From NCBI GenBank assembly GCA_965248835.1, contig CBDFLJ010000001.1, positions 1,760,001-1,824,000 on the forward strand: a stretch of 64,000 nucleotides of DNA, in the 5' to 3' direction. Below the pieces are notes generated by a model. That model ran no database searches. It was not told where the DNA came from and worked only from the letters and a program-made list of their open reading frames with translations. The DNA comes from Alphaproteobacteria bacterium. Lineage in GTDB: Bacteria; Pseudomonadota; Alphaproteobacteria; MPNO01. The translations under genes and the position numbers were made by a program. Position 1 is the stretch's first letter, and each line of letters starts with the position of its first letter. Of the stretch, positions 1-9,360 are shown piece after piece.

Positions 1-121
1 CGATGAACAAATAGGTGCCCAATATGTTGGTCGCGAAGAACGCAAACGCGACCGGCATGCCGAGGAACATCGCAACGCACACGGTGCCCAGCAGCAGGAC
101 CAGCGCGAAATACCACTCCAT
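1..121 (-). CDS. dctM: TRAP transporter large permease (DctM), 5' part; continues off the window
   Basis: ATG at 121 reads MEWYFALVLLLGTVCVAMFLGMPVAFAFFATN; the 'GMPVAF' N-terminus is typical of DctM; follows dctP and dctQ. Confidence 0.8.
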   Translation of the reverse strand, partial: MEWYFALVLLLGTVCVAMFLGMPVAFAFFATNILGTYLFI

Positions 122-123
122 CC

Positions 124-654
124 TCAGAACCCCGCTTTGGCGGTCGCGTCGGCTTCTTCCTTGACGACCGCGTGCGCGCGCCGCGCGCGCAGCACGAACT
201 CGATCGTCAGCATGGCGAAGGCGACCGCAAACGCGGTCATCAGATACCAGTTGGCGATGACCAGGAGCTTGTCTGGGAGATATCCTTCGACGTAATGCAG
301 GATCGTCGCTTCGATGCCGTAATAGCAAAGCGCTGCACACAAGAGCGCTCCGGCGATGTCGAGGACCTGCTCCAGCCGGGCAGCCGCCGGTGTCGGCAGG
401 ATGGTGAGCAGGACGTCGACGCGGACGTGCGCGCCGAGCTGCAGCACCCAGGGCGCGCCGAGAAAGATCCCGAAATAGAGCGCGTATTCGACCCCCTCGT
501 AGAGCCAGGGCATGTTGCCCCATTTGAGGCTGCGGATCAGCAGGTCGAGCGGGATCAGCACCGCCATGAGCCCGATCGAGACCGCGACCAGCCCGGCCAG
601 GAAAGCGTTCACGCGGTGAAATCCGGCTTCGAACCGATCGATGAAGTCCGTCAT
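124..654 (-). CDS. dctQ: TRAP transporter small permease (DctQ)
   Basis: 176 aa, 4 TM segments, 'GAHVRVDVL' motif. Confidence 0.9.
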   Translation of the reverse strand: MTDFIDRFEAGFHRVNAFLAGLVAVSIGLMAVLIPLDLLIRSLKWGNMPWLYEGVEYALYFGIFLGAPWVLQLGAHVRVDVLLTILPTPAAARLEQVLDIAGALLCAALCYYGIEATILHYVEGYLPDKLLVIANWYLMTAFAVAFAMLTIEFVLRARRAHAVVKEEADATAKAGF

Positions 655-758
655 GCAGGCGTCCGATCAAGCCCCGGCGGATGCGTCCCCCAAGGTCGGG
701 CCGGCCGCCGGCGGGACGGCGTGCGCTCCCCGCCGGCGGTCGCGGCCCGGATGCCGCC

Positions 759-1733
759 CTACTGCCGCGTGAACAGCTTGCGCAGTTTCGGGCCGTGCTC
801 CGGGCTCTTTTCGATCACCTCGGCCCAGGCCGCATCAGCGGCGGTCTTGAGCCACTTCTCGCGGGCCGCGCCGTGGAAGGCGATCGGCTCCAGCCCGTTC
901 TTCTTCAGCCACTCCTTGCGCTCGGGCAAGGTCTCGACGCGCTTGACCTCCTCCTTCTCGTGGGCCAGCGCGACCCGCGTGAAGACCTCACGCTGCGCGT
1001 TGGTCAGCGCCTTCCATTTGTCGAGGTTCATCAGACTGAAGATGCCGGCGTTGTAGAAACCGTGATCGACCCAGTACTTGGTCACCTTGGTCCAGGCATT
1101 GGGCCAGCCGAGCGCCGGCCAGCCGTAGCCGACGACGGTGCCGTTTTCCATGTAGGTATAGACTTGGGCGATGTTCGAGCGCTGCACCGTGGCGCCCAGC
1201 GCCTTGAAGAACGGCGTGTAGACCGGGGCCACGCGCAGATGCATGCCCGTCAGGTCCGGCTTGGTGATCTTCTTGTTGAGCCACAGGAAGAACGGCCCGT
1301 TGTCCATCGCCAAGCCGATGAAGCGGACGTTCTTCTCCTCGAACAGCTTGGCGTAGTAGTCCCAGGCGCCGTTCTTGCGGTTCTCGGCCGCGGTGAAGTC
1401 GCTCAGCCGGGTCGCCGGCGCCTCGGGCAGGATGTTGCCGTAATAGGCATCGGGGCAGCCGATATAGTCGTTGATGCCGCGCGCCATGCGCCGGGTCATG
1501 GTGAACGGGCTGCCGATCGCCGGCGCGCCGCCGACGACCTTGATCTGAACGAGGCCTTTGGCTTCCTTGTTCAACTGCTTGACGAATTTCTCGAAGCCGA
1601 CGGACACCACGCTGCCGATGGGAAAGCAGCTCGCACCCTTCAGCGTAACCTCCTTGGCGCCCGCTGCGGAGGCGCCGAGCCCGAGTGCCGCGACCGCGGC
1701 CACCGCGCCCAAAAACGATTTCCGTCCGGTCAT
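759..1733 (-). CDS. dctP: TRAP substrate-binding protein (DctP)
   Basis: Signal peptide MTGRKSFLGAVAAVAALGLGASAAGA; 'DLTGMHLRV', 'ALGA', 'YTYMENGTV' motifs; start trimmed from the longer ORF. Confidence 0.88.
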   Translation of the reverse strand: MTGRKSFLGAVAAVAALGLGASAAGAKEVTLKGASCFPIGSVVSVGFEKFVKQLNKEAKGLVQIKVVGGAPAIGSPFTMTRRMARGINDYIGCPDAYYGNILPEAPATRLSDFTAAENRKNGAWDYYAKLFEEKNVRFIGLAMDNGPFFLWLNKKITKPDLTGMHLRVAPVYTPFFKALGATVQRSNIAQVYTYMENGTVVGYGWPALGWPNAWTKVTKYWVDHGFYNAGIFSLMNLDKWKALTNAQREVFTRVALAHEKEEVKRVETLPERKEWLKKNGLEPIAFHGAAREKWLKTAADAAWAEVIEKSPEHGPKLRKLFTRQ

Positions 1734-1849
1734 CAGTCGCTGTCCTCCCTGGCGTTTCGTTGCCATGGCCTTGAGTCCTGCAAGGTTCCATGTCGCGCCA
1801 TTATAGCGGCTCGGTTCACCTGCTGAATACCGAATTTCCGGCTGTCCCG

Positions 1850-2854
1850 CTAGACCGGCCGGCCGGCGGCCATGCCGCGCTTGCCCAACGAGCCCCGCCT
1901 CAGCTTGTCGAGGTAGTAGGCATCGAAGGTCTCGGCCGGGTATCTCGCGGCCTCTCCGCCGGCGGTGATGCAGCGGATCTCGGCGTCGTAGTTCGGATTG
2001 TGGAAGAACACGATCGAGATGCGGTCCTCCGCCGGGGCGCCGTCGGGCGGGATGCCGACACGGTGCAGGGTCGACACCCAGCGGTCGTTGGCCCAGCGCG
2101 CCATCGCATCGCCGATGTTGCAGATGAACCCGCCTTCGGGCCGGACGATGTCGGTCCACGCGCCGTGGCGCAGCTTGACCTGCAGCCCGCCGGGCAGGTT
2201 GTCGCCGCGCAGGATGGTGAGCGTGCCGTAGTCGGTGTGCTCGCCCGCGCGCCGCTGCCCCGGCGTGGGCGCGACCGCGCCGGGATAGCGGATCAGTCGC
2301 AGGCTGGAGGTGTGGCGGTCGATCTTGTCCTCGAAAAAGTCTTGCGGCAGACCGAGCGCGAGGGCGAAGGCCTGCATCAAGGCTTGCGCCAACGGCTCCA
2401 TCGCCGCGAAATAACCGCTCATCAGCGCCTGCAGGCCGGGCCGCGCGGCGGGCCAGCGGTTGGCCGCAAAGAAGGTCCGCGCACGTGCGCAGGTGAAATA
2501 GGACTCGTCAGGGACCCCCACCGGACCCATCGCGAAGCTCTCCTGCAGGTCGGGCGGGGTCTCGGCGCCCAGCGAATAGGCGAGCGAACGCTCGTTCGGC
2601 CGGTACCAGCCGCGGCTCGCGCGGCTGTCGGGCCGGGCGACCGCCTGCTTGTCGGGCTCGGGCAGGGCGAAGAACCGGACCGCCTCGGCGCGCAGAAGGT
2701 CGATCGCCGGCTCCGGCACGCCGTGGCCGGTGATCGCGAAGAACCCGGTCTCGGTGCAGGCCGCATCGATCGCCCGTGCCACCGCCATACGGTCCCCGGC
2801 GGCGCCCTTCAGGAAGGGCTCGAAATCGATCGTCGGTACGGCGTTCTCGTGCAT
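1850..2854 (-). CDS. Isopenicillin N synthase-family 2OG-Fe(II) oxygenase
   Basis: 'VPTIDF', 'GFFAITGHGV', HxD (HTDYG), 'STLHRV', 'RISIVFF'. Confidence 0.9.
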   Translation of the reverse strand: MHENAVPTIDFEPFLKGAAGDRMAVARAIDAACTETGFFAITGHGVPEPAIDLLRAEAVRFFALPEPDKQAVARPDSRASRGWYRPNERSLAYSLGAETPPDLQESFAMGPVGVPDESYFTCARARTFFAANRWPAARPGLQALMSGYFAAMEPLAQALMQAFALALGLPQDFFEDKIDRHTSSLRLIRYPGAVAPTPGQRRAGEHTDYGTLTILRGDNLPGGLQVKLRHGAWTDIVRPEGGFICNIGDAMARWANDRWVSTLHRVGIPPDGAPAEDRISIVFFHNPNYDAEIRCITAGGEAARYPAETFDAYYLDKLRRGSLGKRGMAAGRPV

Positions 2855-2930
2855 CGTTCCGTCCTCCGCCCGCGGCCGGGACCGCCGCGAGTGTACAGCC
2901 GCGCCCAACTCGGTTACCAAGGTCGGCGCC

Positions 2931-4070
2931 ATGCAACCCTACCAGGATCGCAACCGTCATTTCGAGGCCCTGATCGCCGATCCGGACCTGATCTGGATGG
3001 GCCAGAATACCAACCACCTGCCGAGCCACCCGGCGGTCAAGCGCGCGATGATCGCCGCGATCGAGGCGGAGGACTATCACGCCTACGCGCCGCCGGTGGG
3101 GCTGGAGGCCCTGCGCAGCTTGATCCTCGCCGACTTTGCCGTCGAAGGTGCCGACGTCCTGATCACCGACGGGGCGATCGAAGGGCTCTATCATGTCTGC
3201 CGCCAGCTGCTCGCGCCGGGCACGCGGATGATCACCACCGATCCGGGCTGGCCCTGGCCGGAGGCGTTCTCCAGACAGTCGGGCGCCGACGTGCTCGCTT
3301 TGCCGGTCTACGAGGCCGAGCAGGACTACAAGCTCACCGCCGCCCAGCTCCAGGCCGCGGTCGATGATGGCGGGGCGGCGCTGATCTATCTGATCGATCC
3401 GCTGAACCCGCTGGGCGTGTCCTATTCGTGCGATGAAATCCAGGCCTTCGCGGACATCGCGCGCAAGGCCGGGGCGTGGCTGGTCCACGACTGCACCTAC
3501 CGCCATTTCGCCCGCGCTCACACGCTGGCGTTCCGCCACTATCCCGAGGGGACGATCACCACCTACAGCTTTTCCAAATGGCTGGGGCTCGCGGGCCTGC
3601 GCCTGGGCGGCCTGATGGCCCGGCCCGAGACGATCGAGGCCCTGTCGGCGGCCCAGCCCAACGCGCTGGGCTCGAGCCTGATCGCCCAGCGCGGCGCTAT
3701 CGCCGGGCTCCGGACCAGGGCGGAATGGTTTCCCGAGGTCAACCGCATCCAGCGTGCGAACCAGGACGCGATCCATCGGGCGGTCGCGCCGATCAACGGG
3801 CTCGCCATGCCGGTCTATCCCTCCGACGGCAATTTCGTGGTGATTGACGCCAGCGCCGCCGGCATCGCGCCCGAGACCCTGGTCGCGCGCTACCGTGAGC
3901 GTGGCATCATGATCCGCCAGGCCGCCTATCAGTCCAGGCGCTACGCCGATCGTTTCGTGAAGGTCTCGACCACGGTTCCGGTCGAGCACGCGCGGCGGTT
4001 CTGCGACCTCCTGCCGGAAGTCGCCGCGGCCGCCCTGGAGGATGACGGATCGGACCGCGCGTTCTATTGA
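2931..4070 (+). CDS. PLP-dependent aminotransferase class I/II
   Basis: 'PLNPLG', 'HDCTY', 'SFSKWLGLAGLRLG' PLP-lysine motif. Confidence 0.88.
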   Translation: MQPYQDRNRHFEALIADPDLIWMGQNTNHLPSHPAVKRAMIAAIEAEDYHAYAPPVGLEALRSLILADFAVEGADVLITDGAIEGLYHVCRQLLAPGTRMITTDPGWPWPEAFSRQSGADVLALPVYEAEQDYKLTAAQLQAAVDDGGAALIYLIDPLNPLGVSYSCDEIQAFADIARKAGAWLVHDCTYRHFARAHTLAFRHYPEGTITTYSFSKWLGLAGLRLGGLMARPETIEALSAAQPNALGSSLIAQRGAIAGLRTRAEWFPEVNRIQRANQDAIHRAVAPINGLAMPVYPSDGNFVVIDASAAGIAPETLVARYRERGIMIRQAAYQSRRYADRFVKVSTTVPVEHARRFCDLLPEVAAAALEDDGSDRAFY

Positions 4071-4098
4071 CCCGAGCGGGATCACGGGAGGCAAGTCG

Positions 4099-4993
4099 AT
4101 GGCTTATGCCGATGCGGACGGCGTAAAGCTCTATTACGAAGAGACCGGCGAGGGGTACGCCGGTCGTCTTCGTCCACGAGTTCGCCGGCGACTACCGGAG
4201 CTGGGAGCCGCAGGTCCGCCATTTCTCCAGGCGCTATCGCTGCGTGGCATTCAACGCCCGCGGCTATCCGCCGTCGGACGTGCCCGAGGACCAGGCGCTG
4301 TATTCCCAGGACATCGCAGCCGATGACATCGCTGCGGTCATGAAGGCGGCGGGGATCGGCCGCGCGCACGTCGTCGGCCTCTCGATGGGCGGGTTCGCGG
4401 CGCTCCATTTCGGGCTGCGCTACGCCGCGATGGCCGAATCGATCGTCGTCGCGGCCTGCGGCTACGGGGCCAAGCCCGAGGAAAGCGAGCAATACGCCGC
4501 GGACTCCGAGGCGCTGGCCGGCGCGTATGAGCAGCGCGGCGCGCCCGCTCTCGCCGAGGACTATGCCGCCGGCGCCTACCGGTTGCAGCTCAAGGGCAAG
4601 GACCCGCGCGGCTGGCTCGAATTCAAGGACCAACTCGCCCGGCATTCGGCCGAGGGCGCGGCAAGGACCATGCGCGGGGTGCAGAAGCACCGCCCGTCGC
4701 TGTGGCATCTGGAAGACGGGCTGAAGGCGATGTCGGTGCCGGCCCTGATCGTGACTGGAGACGAGGACGATTGGTGTCTGGAGCCCGGCATCTTCCTCAA
4801 GCGGACCATTCCCACGGCGGCGCTGTGGGTGGTGCCCAAGACCGGGCATACCGTCAACCTCGAGGAGCCGGCGCTGTTCAACCAGGCGCTCGCCGATTTC
4901 TTCGCCACCGTCGAGGCGGGGAAATGGACCGCCCGGCCGTTCGCGCAGGGCGCCTCGGCGCTGCTGTCGGGCCTGACCCGGGACGACGCCTAA
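4099..4993 (+). pseudogene. Alpha/beta hydrolase with apparent +1 frameshift near 4155 (pseudogene or sequencing error)
   Basis: MAYADADGVKLYYEETGEG continues in another frame as TPVVFVHEFAGDYRSW...GLSMGG; break lies in a GGGG run. Confidence 0.75.
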
Positions 4994-4996
4994 AGC

Positions 4997-6231
4997 ATGA
5001 ATGCCGCCTCCGGCGTCGATGAGGCCCGCCTCTGGCAACGGCACATGGATCTCGCCCGGCTGGGTGCAACGGACAAAGGCGGGGTCAACCGCCAGGCGCT
5101 GAGCGCCGAGGAATGCGCGGCCCGTGCGCTGCTCGCCCGATGGGCCGGTGAGCTCGGCTACGCGGTCCATGTCGATGGGATCTCGAACCTGTTCATCCGC
5201 CGCGAGGGCGCCGACCCCGCGCTCGCCCCGGTGCTGACCGGCTCTCATATAGACACCCAGCCGACGGGCGGCAAGTTCGACGGCGCCTTCGGGGTGCTCG
5301 CCGGGCTCGAGGCGCTCCAGGCGCTCGATGCGGTCGGCATCGAAACAAGCCGGCCGATTGAGGTCGTCGCCTGGCTCAACGAGGAGGGCTCGCGCTTCGC
5401 CCCGGGCATGATGGGCTCCGAGGCGTTCTGCGGCCTTCGCCGGCGCGATGAGATGATTGCCGTCACCGACCGTGCCGGGGTCCGGCTCGGCGATGTCCTG
5501 GGATCGGCGATCGAGGCAACGCCCGCCGCCGGGCGTCGCCGATCGGTTTCCCCGTGGCTGCCTTCGTCGAGGCCCATATCGAGCAGGGCCCCGAGCTCGA
5601 ACGGCAGGGAAAGACGATCGGCGTGGTGACCGGGATCCAGTGCGTCCGCCGGATGCGCGTGCGTATCACCGGCGAGGAGGCTCATGCCGGCACCACGCCC
5701 CGCCCGGCCCGCCGCGATGCCCTGTGGGAGGCCGCACGCGCGGTCTCGGCGCTGCACGACCGGCTCCATGTCGATGCCGACGTGCGCTTGACCGTGGGCC
5801 GGATGGAGATCACCCCCAACGTGCCCTCGGTGGTGGCCTCGCAGGTCGTCTTCTCGCTCGACATCCGCCATCCGGTGAGCGAAACCCTGGCCGGGCTCGA
5901 GGCCGAGGTCGCCGGCATCTGCCGGGACGCGCTGGTCGCCTGCCGGGCGGAGGCCTGGACCATTGCGGCGGCGCCGTCGGTCTGGTTCGACGAGACCGTC
6001 AGGCAGACCATCGAGGCGGTGGCCGGCGACCTCGGGCTCGCCCACATGCGGCTGTTCTCCGGCGCCGGGCACGATGCCCGCCAGCTCAGCCTGGTCTGTC
6101 CGACCGGCATGATCTTCGTGCCCTGCGCCGGCGGTATCAGCCACAACGAGGCCGAGAGCGCCACGCCGGCCGATCTCGCCGCCGGCACCCGCGTGCTCGC
6201 CGAGGCCCTGGTCCGGCTCGCCGCGCGCTGA
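4997..6231 (+). pseudogene. M20 Zn-dependent allantoate amidohydrolase / N-carbamoyl-amino-acid hydrolase, frameshifted near 5540
   Basis: ORF 4997-5629 has GSHIDT, GGKFDG, NEEGSRF; ORF 5554-6231 has EAHIEQGP, HAGTTP, SGAGHDA, GISHNEAE; one missing base joins them as RPIGFPVAAF. Confidence 0.8.
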
Positions 6232-7112
6232 TGGGTGCGCTGACCCGGCTCCGGGGCTCGACCGCGGCGCGCGGTGCGGTATGGATGCTGCTGGCCGCGT
6301 TGATGTACACGCTCACCGGCGCGATGGTCCGTCACCTTGCGGCCGGCTATTCGGTGTTCGAGGTCGGCTTCTTCCGCAGCGTCATCGCGCTCGCGATCCT
6401 GCTGCCGTTTGCGCTCGGCGGCAGCCGGCGGACCGTGCATGAGCGGCTGAGGACACGGAAATTCCCGCTGCACGTCCTGCGCACCGTGCTCGCCTATGTC
6501 GGCATCATGTGCTGGTTCTACGCGGTCTCGCACATCCCGCTGGCCGACTACTACGCGCTGCAGTTCCTGACGCCGCTGTTCACCATGGCCGGCGCCGCGC
6601 TGCTGCTGGGCGAGCGCATCGGCTGCCGGCATTGGCTGGCGGCGCTGGTGGGGCTCGCCGGCGCGCTGGTGATCCTGCGGCCGGGATTGATCGAGGTCGG
6701 CCTCGGCGTGGTCGCCGCGGTCGGCGCTGCACTGTTCTTCGCCTCGACCAACTGGACGGTCCGGGTGCTGTCGCGGACCGATTCGGCCCGCGTGATCCTG
6801 ACCTACGGCAATTTGCTGCTGATCCCGATGTCGCTGATCCCCGCACTGCCGGTCTGGGTGACGCCGGGCTGGACGGACCTCATGTGGCTGTGCGGGGTGG
6901 GCGTGGCCGGAACTATCGCCCAGTTCTCGATCACCCGGGCGGTGGGCGCGGCCGATGCGCGCATCGTCCAGCCGTTCGACTTCACCCGCCTGCCGTTCGC
7001 CGCGGCGATCGGCTGGCTCGCCTTTGGCGAGGTTTCCGACATCTGGACCTGGGTCGGCGCCGTGATCATCTTCGCCGCGGCGAGCTACGTCCTGCGGCTG
7101 GAGCGGCGCTGA
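6231..7112 (+). CDS. DMT/EamA family transporter
   Basis: About 10 TM segments, 'LLGERIG', 'VILRPG'; ATG overlaps the upstream TGA. Confidence 0.88.
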   Translation: MGALTRLRGSTAARGAVWMLLAALMYTLTGAMVRHLAAGYSVFEVGFFRSVIALAILLPFALGGSRRTVHERLRTRKFPLHVLRTVLAYVGIMCWFYAVSHIPLADYYALQFLTPLFTMAGAALLLGERIGCRHWLAALVGLAGALVILRPGLIEVGLGVVAAVGAALFFASTNWTVRVLSRTDSARVILTYGNLLLIPMSLIPALPVWVTPGWTDLMWLCGVGVAGTIAQFSITRAVGAADARIVQPFDFTRLPFAAAIGWLAFGEVSDIWTWVGAVIIFAAASYVLRLERR

Positions 7113-7118
7113 ACCTGC

Positions 7119-7622
7119 TCAGGCCGCGACGTAGCGGTCGCGCGCGACGCCGGCCAGATTCATCCCCTCGACCCGGATGAGCTTGGTGTCGTCCTCCCGA
7201 CGCGGCGAGTGGAGGTCGCCCTCGTTGTAGAGATGAGCGGCGCCGGGTTGCAGCGCATAGACCCTGACTTGCTCGACGAGGCCGGGCTCATCGCCCTGCG
7301 GCGGCTTGACCTTGCGCCAGTCGGTCATCTCGGTCTCGCCCACCGCCTGACCGTAGATCGCCCAGGACGAGGCGTGGTCGTGGGGGTTGCTTCCCTTGGC
7401 GCCGCTGTACACGTGGGCCAGGATGCAGAAGCCGAACTCCGGGTCCTGGTAGATGATCTTGCGCTCGTCCCGGTTCTCGGGACCCAAGTGGCTGGCGATG
7501 AAGTCCTGGTCCTTCAGCGCCTTCTCGACGTACCGGCACACCTTCTCGCGGCCCGGCGGCCCGGCATCCTCGGCAATCGCGGCATGACAGTCCGCGGCGA
7601 GGTTCTCCAGCGTGTAGCTCAT
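7119..7622 (-). CDS. Cysteine-dioxygenase-like cupin protein
   Basis: 'PHDHASSWAIYG' and 'GDLHSP' metal-binding His pattern. Confidence 0.65.
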   Translation of the reverse strand: MSYTLENLAADCHAAIAEDAGPPGREKVCRYVEKALKDQDFIASHLGPENRDERKIIYQDPEFGFCILAHVYSGAKGSNPHDHASSWAIYGQAVGETEMTDWRKVKPPQGDEPGLVEQVRVYALQPGAAHLYNEGDLHSPRREDDTKLIRVEGMNLAGVARDRYVAA

Positions 7623-7693
7623 CGACGGCTCTCCTTTTGCAGCGGCCGGGCATTATAATTCGCCCTGCGGGGCGAGCGCAAAAGGAGGTGACG

Positions 7694-8134
7694 ATGTCCA
7701 TGAACGTCCGCCGGGTGGTCACCGGCCACGATGAAGCGGGGAAACCGGTGGTGATCATCGACGACATCGCGCGGAACGGCGCCTCGCGCCGGCGCGGCCA
7801 CGACTCCCGCGTCGTCTGGGTGACCGAGCCCGCGCGCCCGCCCAATTCGGGCAGCGAGGACGCCGGCGCGCTGCCGGTCGGCCGCCCGCCGCCGCCGGGC
7901 GGGACCATCTTCCGGGTGATGGAGCTCCAGCCCGACCAGGAATTGGAGATGCACACGACCCGGACCATCGACTACGTCGTGGTCATCGAGGGCGAGCTCA
8001 ACCTGGTGCTCGAGGACTCCGAGGTGCCGCTACGCCCGGGCGATTGTCTGGTCCAGCGCGGCACCAGCCACGCTTGGCGCAACACCGGCGCCGGCCCATG
8101 CCGCCTCGCCGCCGTCCTGATCGACGCGTCTTAG
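7694..8134 (+). CDS. Cupin domain protein
   Basis: 'RRVVTGHD', 'MHTTRTIDY', 'VQRGTSHAWRN'; RBS AGGAGG upstream. Confidence 0.85.
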   Translation: MSMNVRRVVTGHDEAGKPVVIIDDIARNGASRRRGHDSRVVWVTEPARPPNSGSEDAGALPVGRPPPPGGTIFRVMELQPDQELEMHTTRTIDYVVVIEGELNLVLEDSEVPLRPGDCLVQRGTSHAWRNTGAGPCRLAAVLIDAS

Positions 8135-8162
8135 ACGGGGATGCGCGATTGGCGCCGGGCGG

Positions 8163-9359
8163 TCACAGGCGCGGGTCGAGCGAGGGCAGCCCGAAGCGGA
8201 TGCGCCCGGCGTTGACCGACTGGATGTCCCAGGCCTGAGTGATCTGCATCGAGACCGCGTGCACGTCGCGCCAGGCGCGCATGAAGGGGCTGGTCTGGTC
8301 GAGCCCGCGCGCGCCCAGCAGCGGGTAAAGCCGCTCGACCGCGCGGACGCAGAGCTGGGTGGCATAGGCGTTGTTGCGCCGCCACCTGGCGCGTACCGGC
8401 AGCTCCGGGTGCTCGTCGGCCTCGGCGTAGCGCATCGATTCCTCGCCGCACTGGATCAGCAGCGCACCGGCGGCATCGATCTCCGAGGCGGCTTCCGCAA
8501 CCCGGATCTGCGCCGTCGGAAGCTCGGCCAGCTTGGCGCCGGTCACACCGGTGCGCTCGGCGAACAGGGTCTCGACATATTCGAGCGCGCCGCGGGCAAT
8601 GCCCAGCGCGGGCCCGGAAAAGATCTGCGTTCCCGTCGACCAGATCGAAATCCGGAACAGCGGCGAAGCGTTGCGTTCCGGGCTGAGCGAGCGGCCGCCG
8701 GACAGGTTGGCGGACGGCAGGGTCCGGTAGTCGGGAACGAACACCTCCTTCAGCAGGACCGATTTGCTGCCGGTGGCCAGCAGCCCGGTCGCGTTCCAGT
8801 CATCGACTACCGCGCATTCGCCGCGCGGGACCAGCACGAACCGGTGCTCCGGCGGACCGCTTTCGCGCGGCAGGAAGATCTGAAGGTTGAGCCAGTCGCA
8901 GTAGTCGACGCCGCTGGAGAAGCTCCACAGCCCGTCCAGCACCACGCCGCCGTCGACCTGTCTGGCGCCGCCGCCGGCCACGGCGAAACCCGAGGCCATC
9001 AGCGCCTCGGGGTTGTCGCCCCAGACATCGTCCTGGGCCTGCTCGTAGCCGCAGCCCAGCACCAGCGACTGGGCGGCGAGGTTGGTGAAGACCCAGGTGC
9101 TCGACCCGCAGCCGCGGCCGAGCTCGGCCGACAGATCGACCATGATGCGGTAGTCGCATTCCAGCCCGCCGAAATGGGCGGGCTGGAAGATGCGGTAGAA
9201 GCCCGCCTCGACGAACTCCCGATGGGTGATCTCGGGGATCACCCGGTTCGCTTCGGCCTCGTCGGCGCGCGCGCGCAGATCCGGGACCATGGCGGCCGCG
9301 CGCGCGATCAGCCCTTGATGCATCGCCTGGCGTTCGGCGCCGGCTGCGGCCCCTTCCAT
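8163..9359 (-). CDS. Flavin-dependent aromatic monooxygenase, oxygenase component (HsaA/C2-HpaH type, acyl-CoA dehydrogenase fold)
   Basis: 'GFYRIFQPAHFGG', 'GRGCGSSTW', 'WSFSSGVDYCDW', 'DDWNATGLLATGS', 'RAWRDVHA'. Confidence 0.85.
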   Translation of the reverse strand: MEGAAAGAERQAMHQGLIARAAAMVPDLRARADEAEANRVIPEITHREFVEAGFYRIFQPAHFGGLECDYRIMVDLSAELGRGCGSSTWVFTNLAAQSLVLGCGYEQAQDDVWGDNPEALMASGFAVAGGGARQVDGGVVLDGLWSFSSGVDYCDWLNLQIFLPRESGPPEHRFVLVPRGECAVVDDWNATGLLATGSKSVLLKEVFVPDYRTLPSANLSGGRSLSPERNASPLFRISIWSTGTQIFSGPALGIARGALEYVETLFAERTGVTGAKLAELPTAQIRVAEAASEIDAAGALLIQCGEESMRYAEADEHPELPVRARWRRNNAYATQLCVRAVERLYPLLGARGLDQTSPFMRAWRDVHAVSMQITQAWDIQSVNAGRIRFGLPSLDPRL

Positions 9360-9360
9360 G

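Noticed and set aside
4140-5560. Programmed ribosomal frameshifting in the two hydrolases
   Set aside because: No canonical slippery heptamer seen and these families are not known to be recoded; simple indels are more likely.
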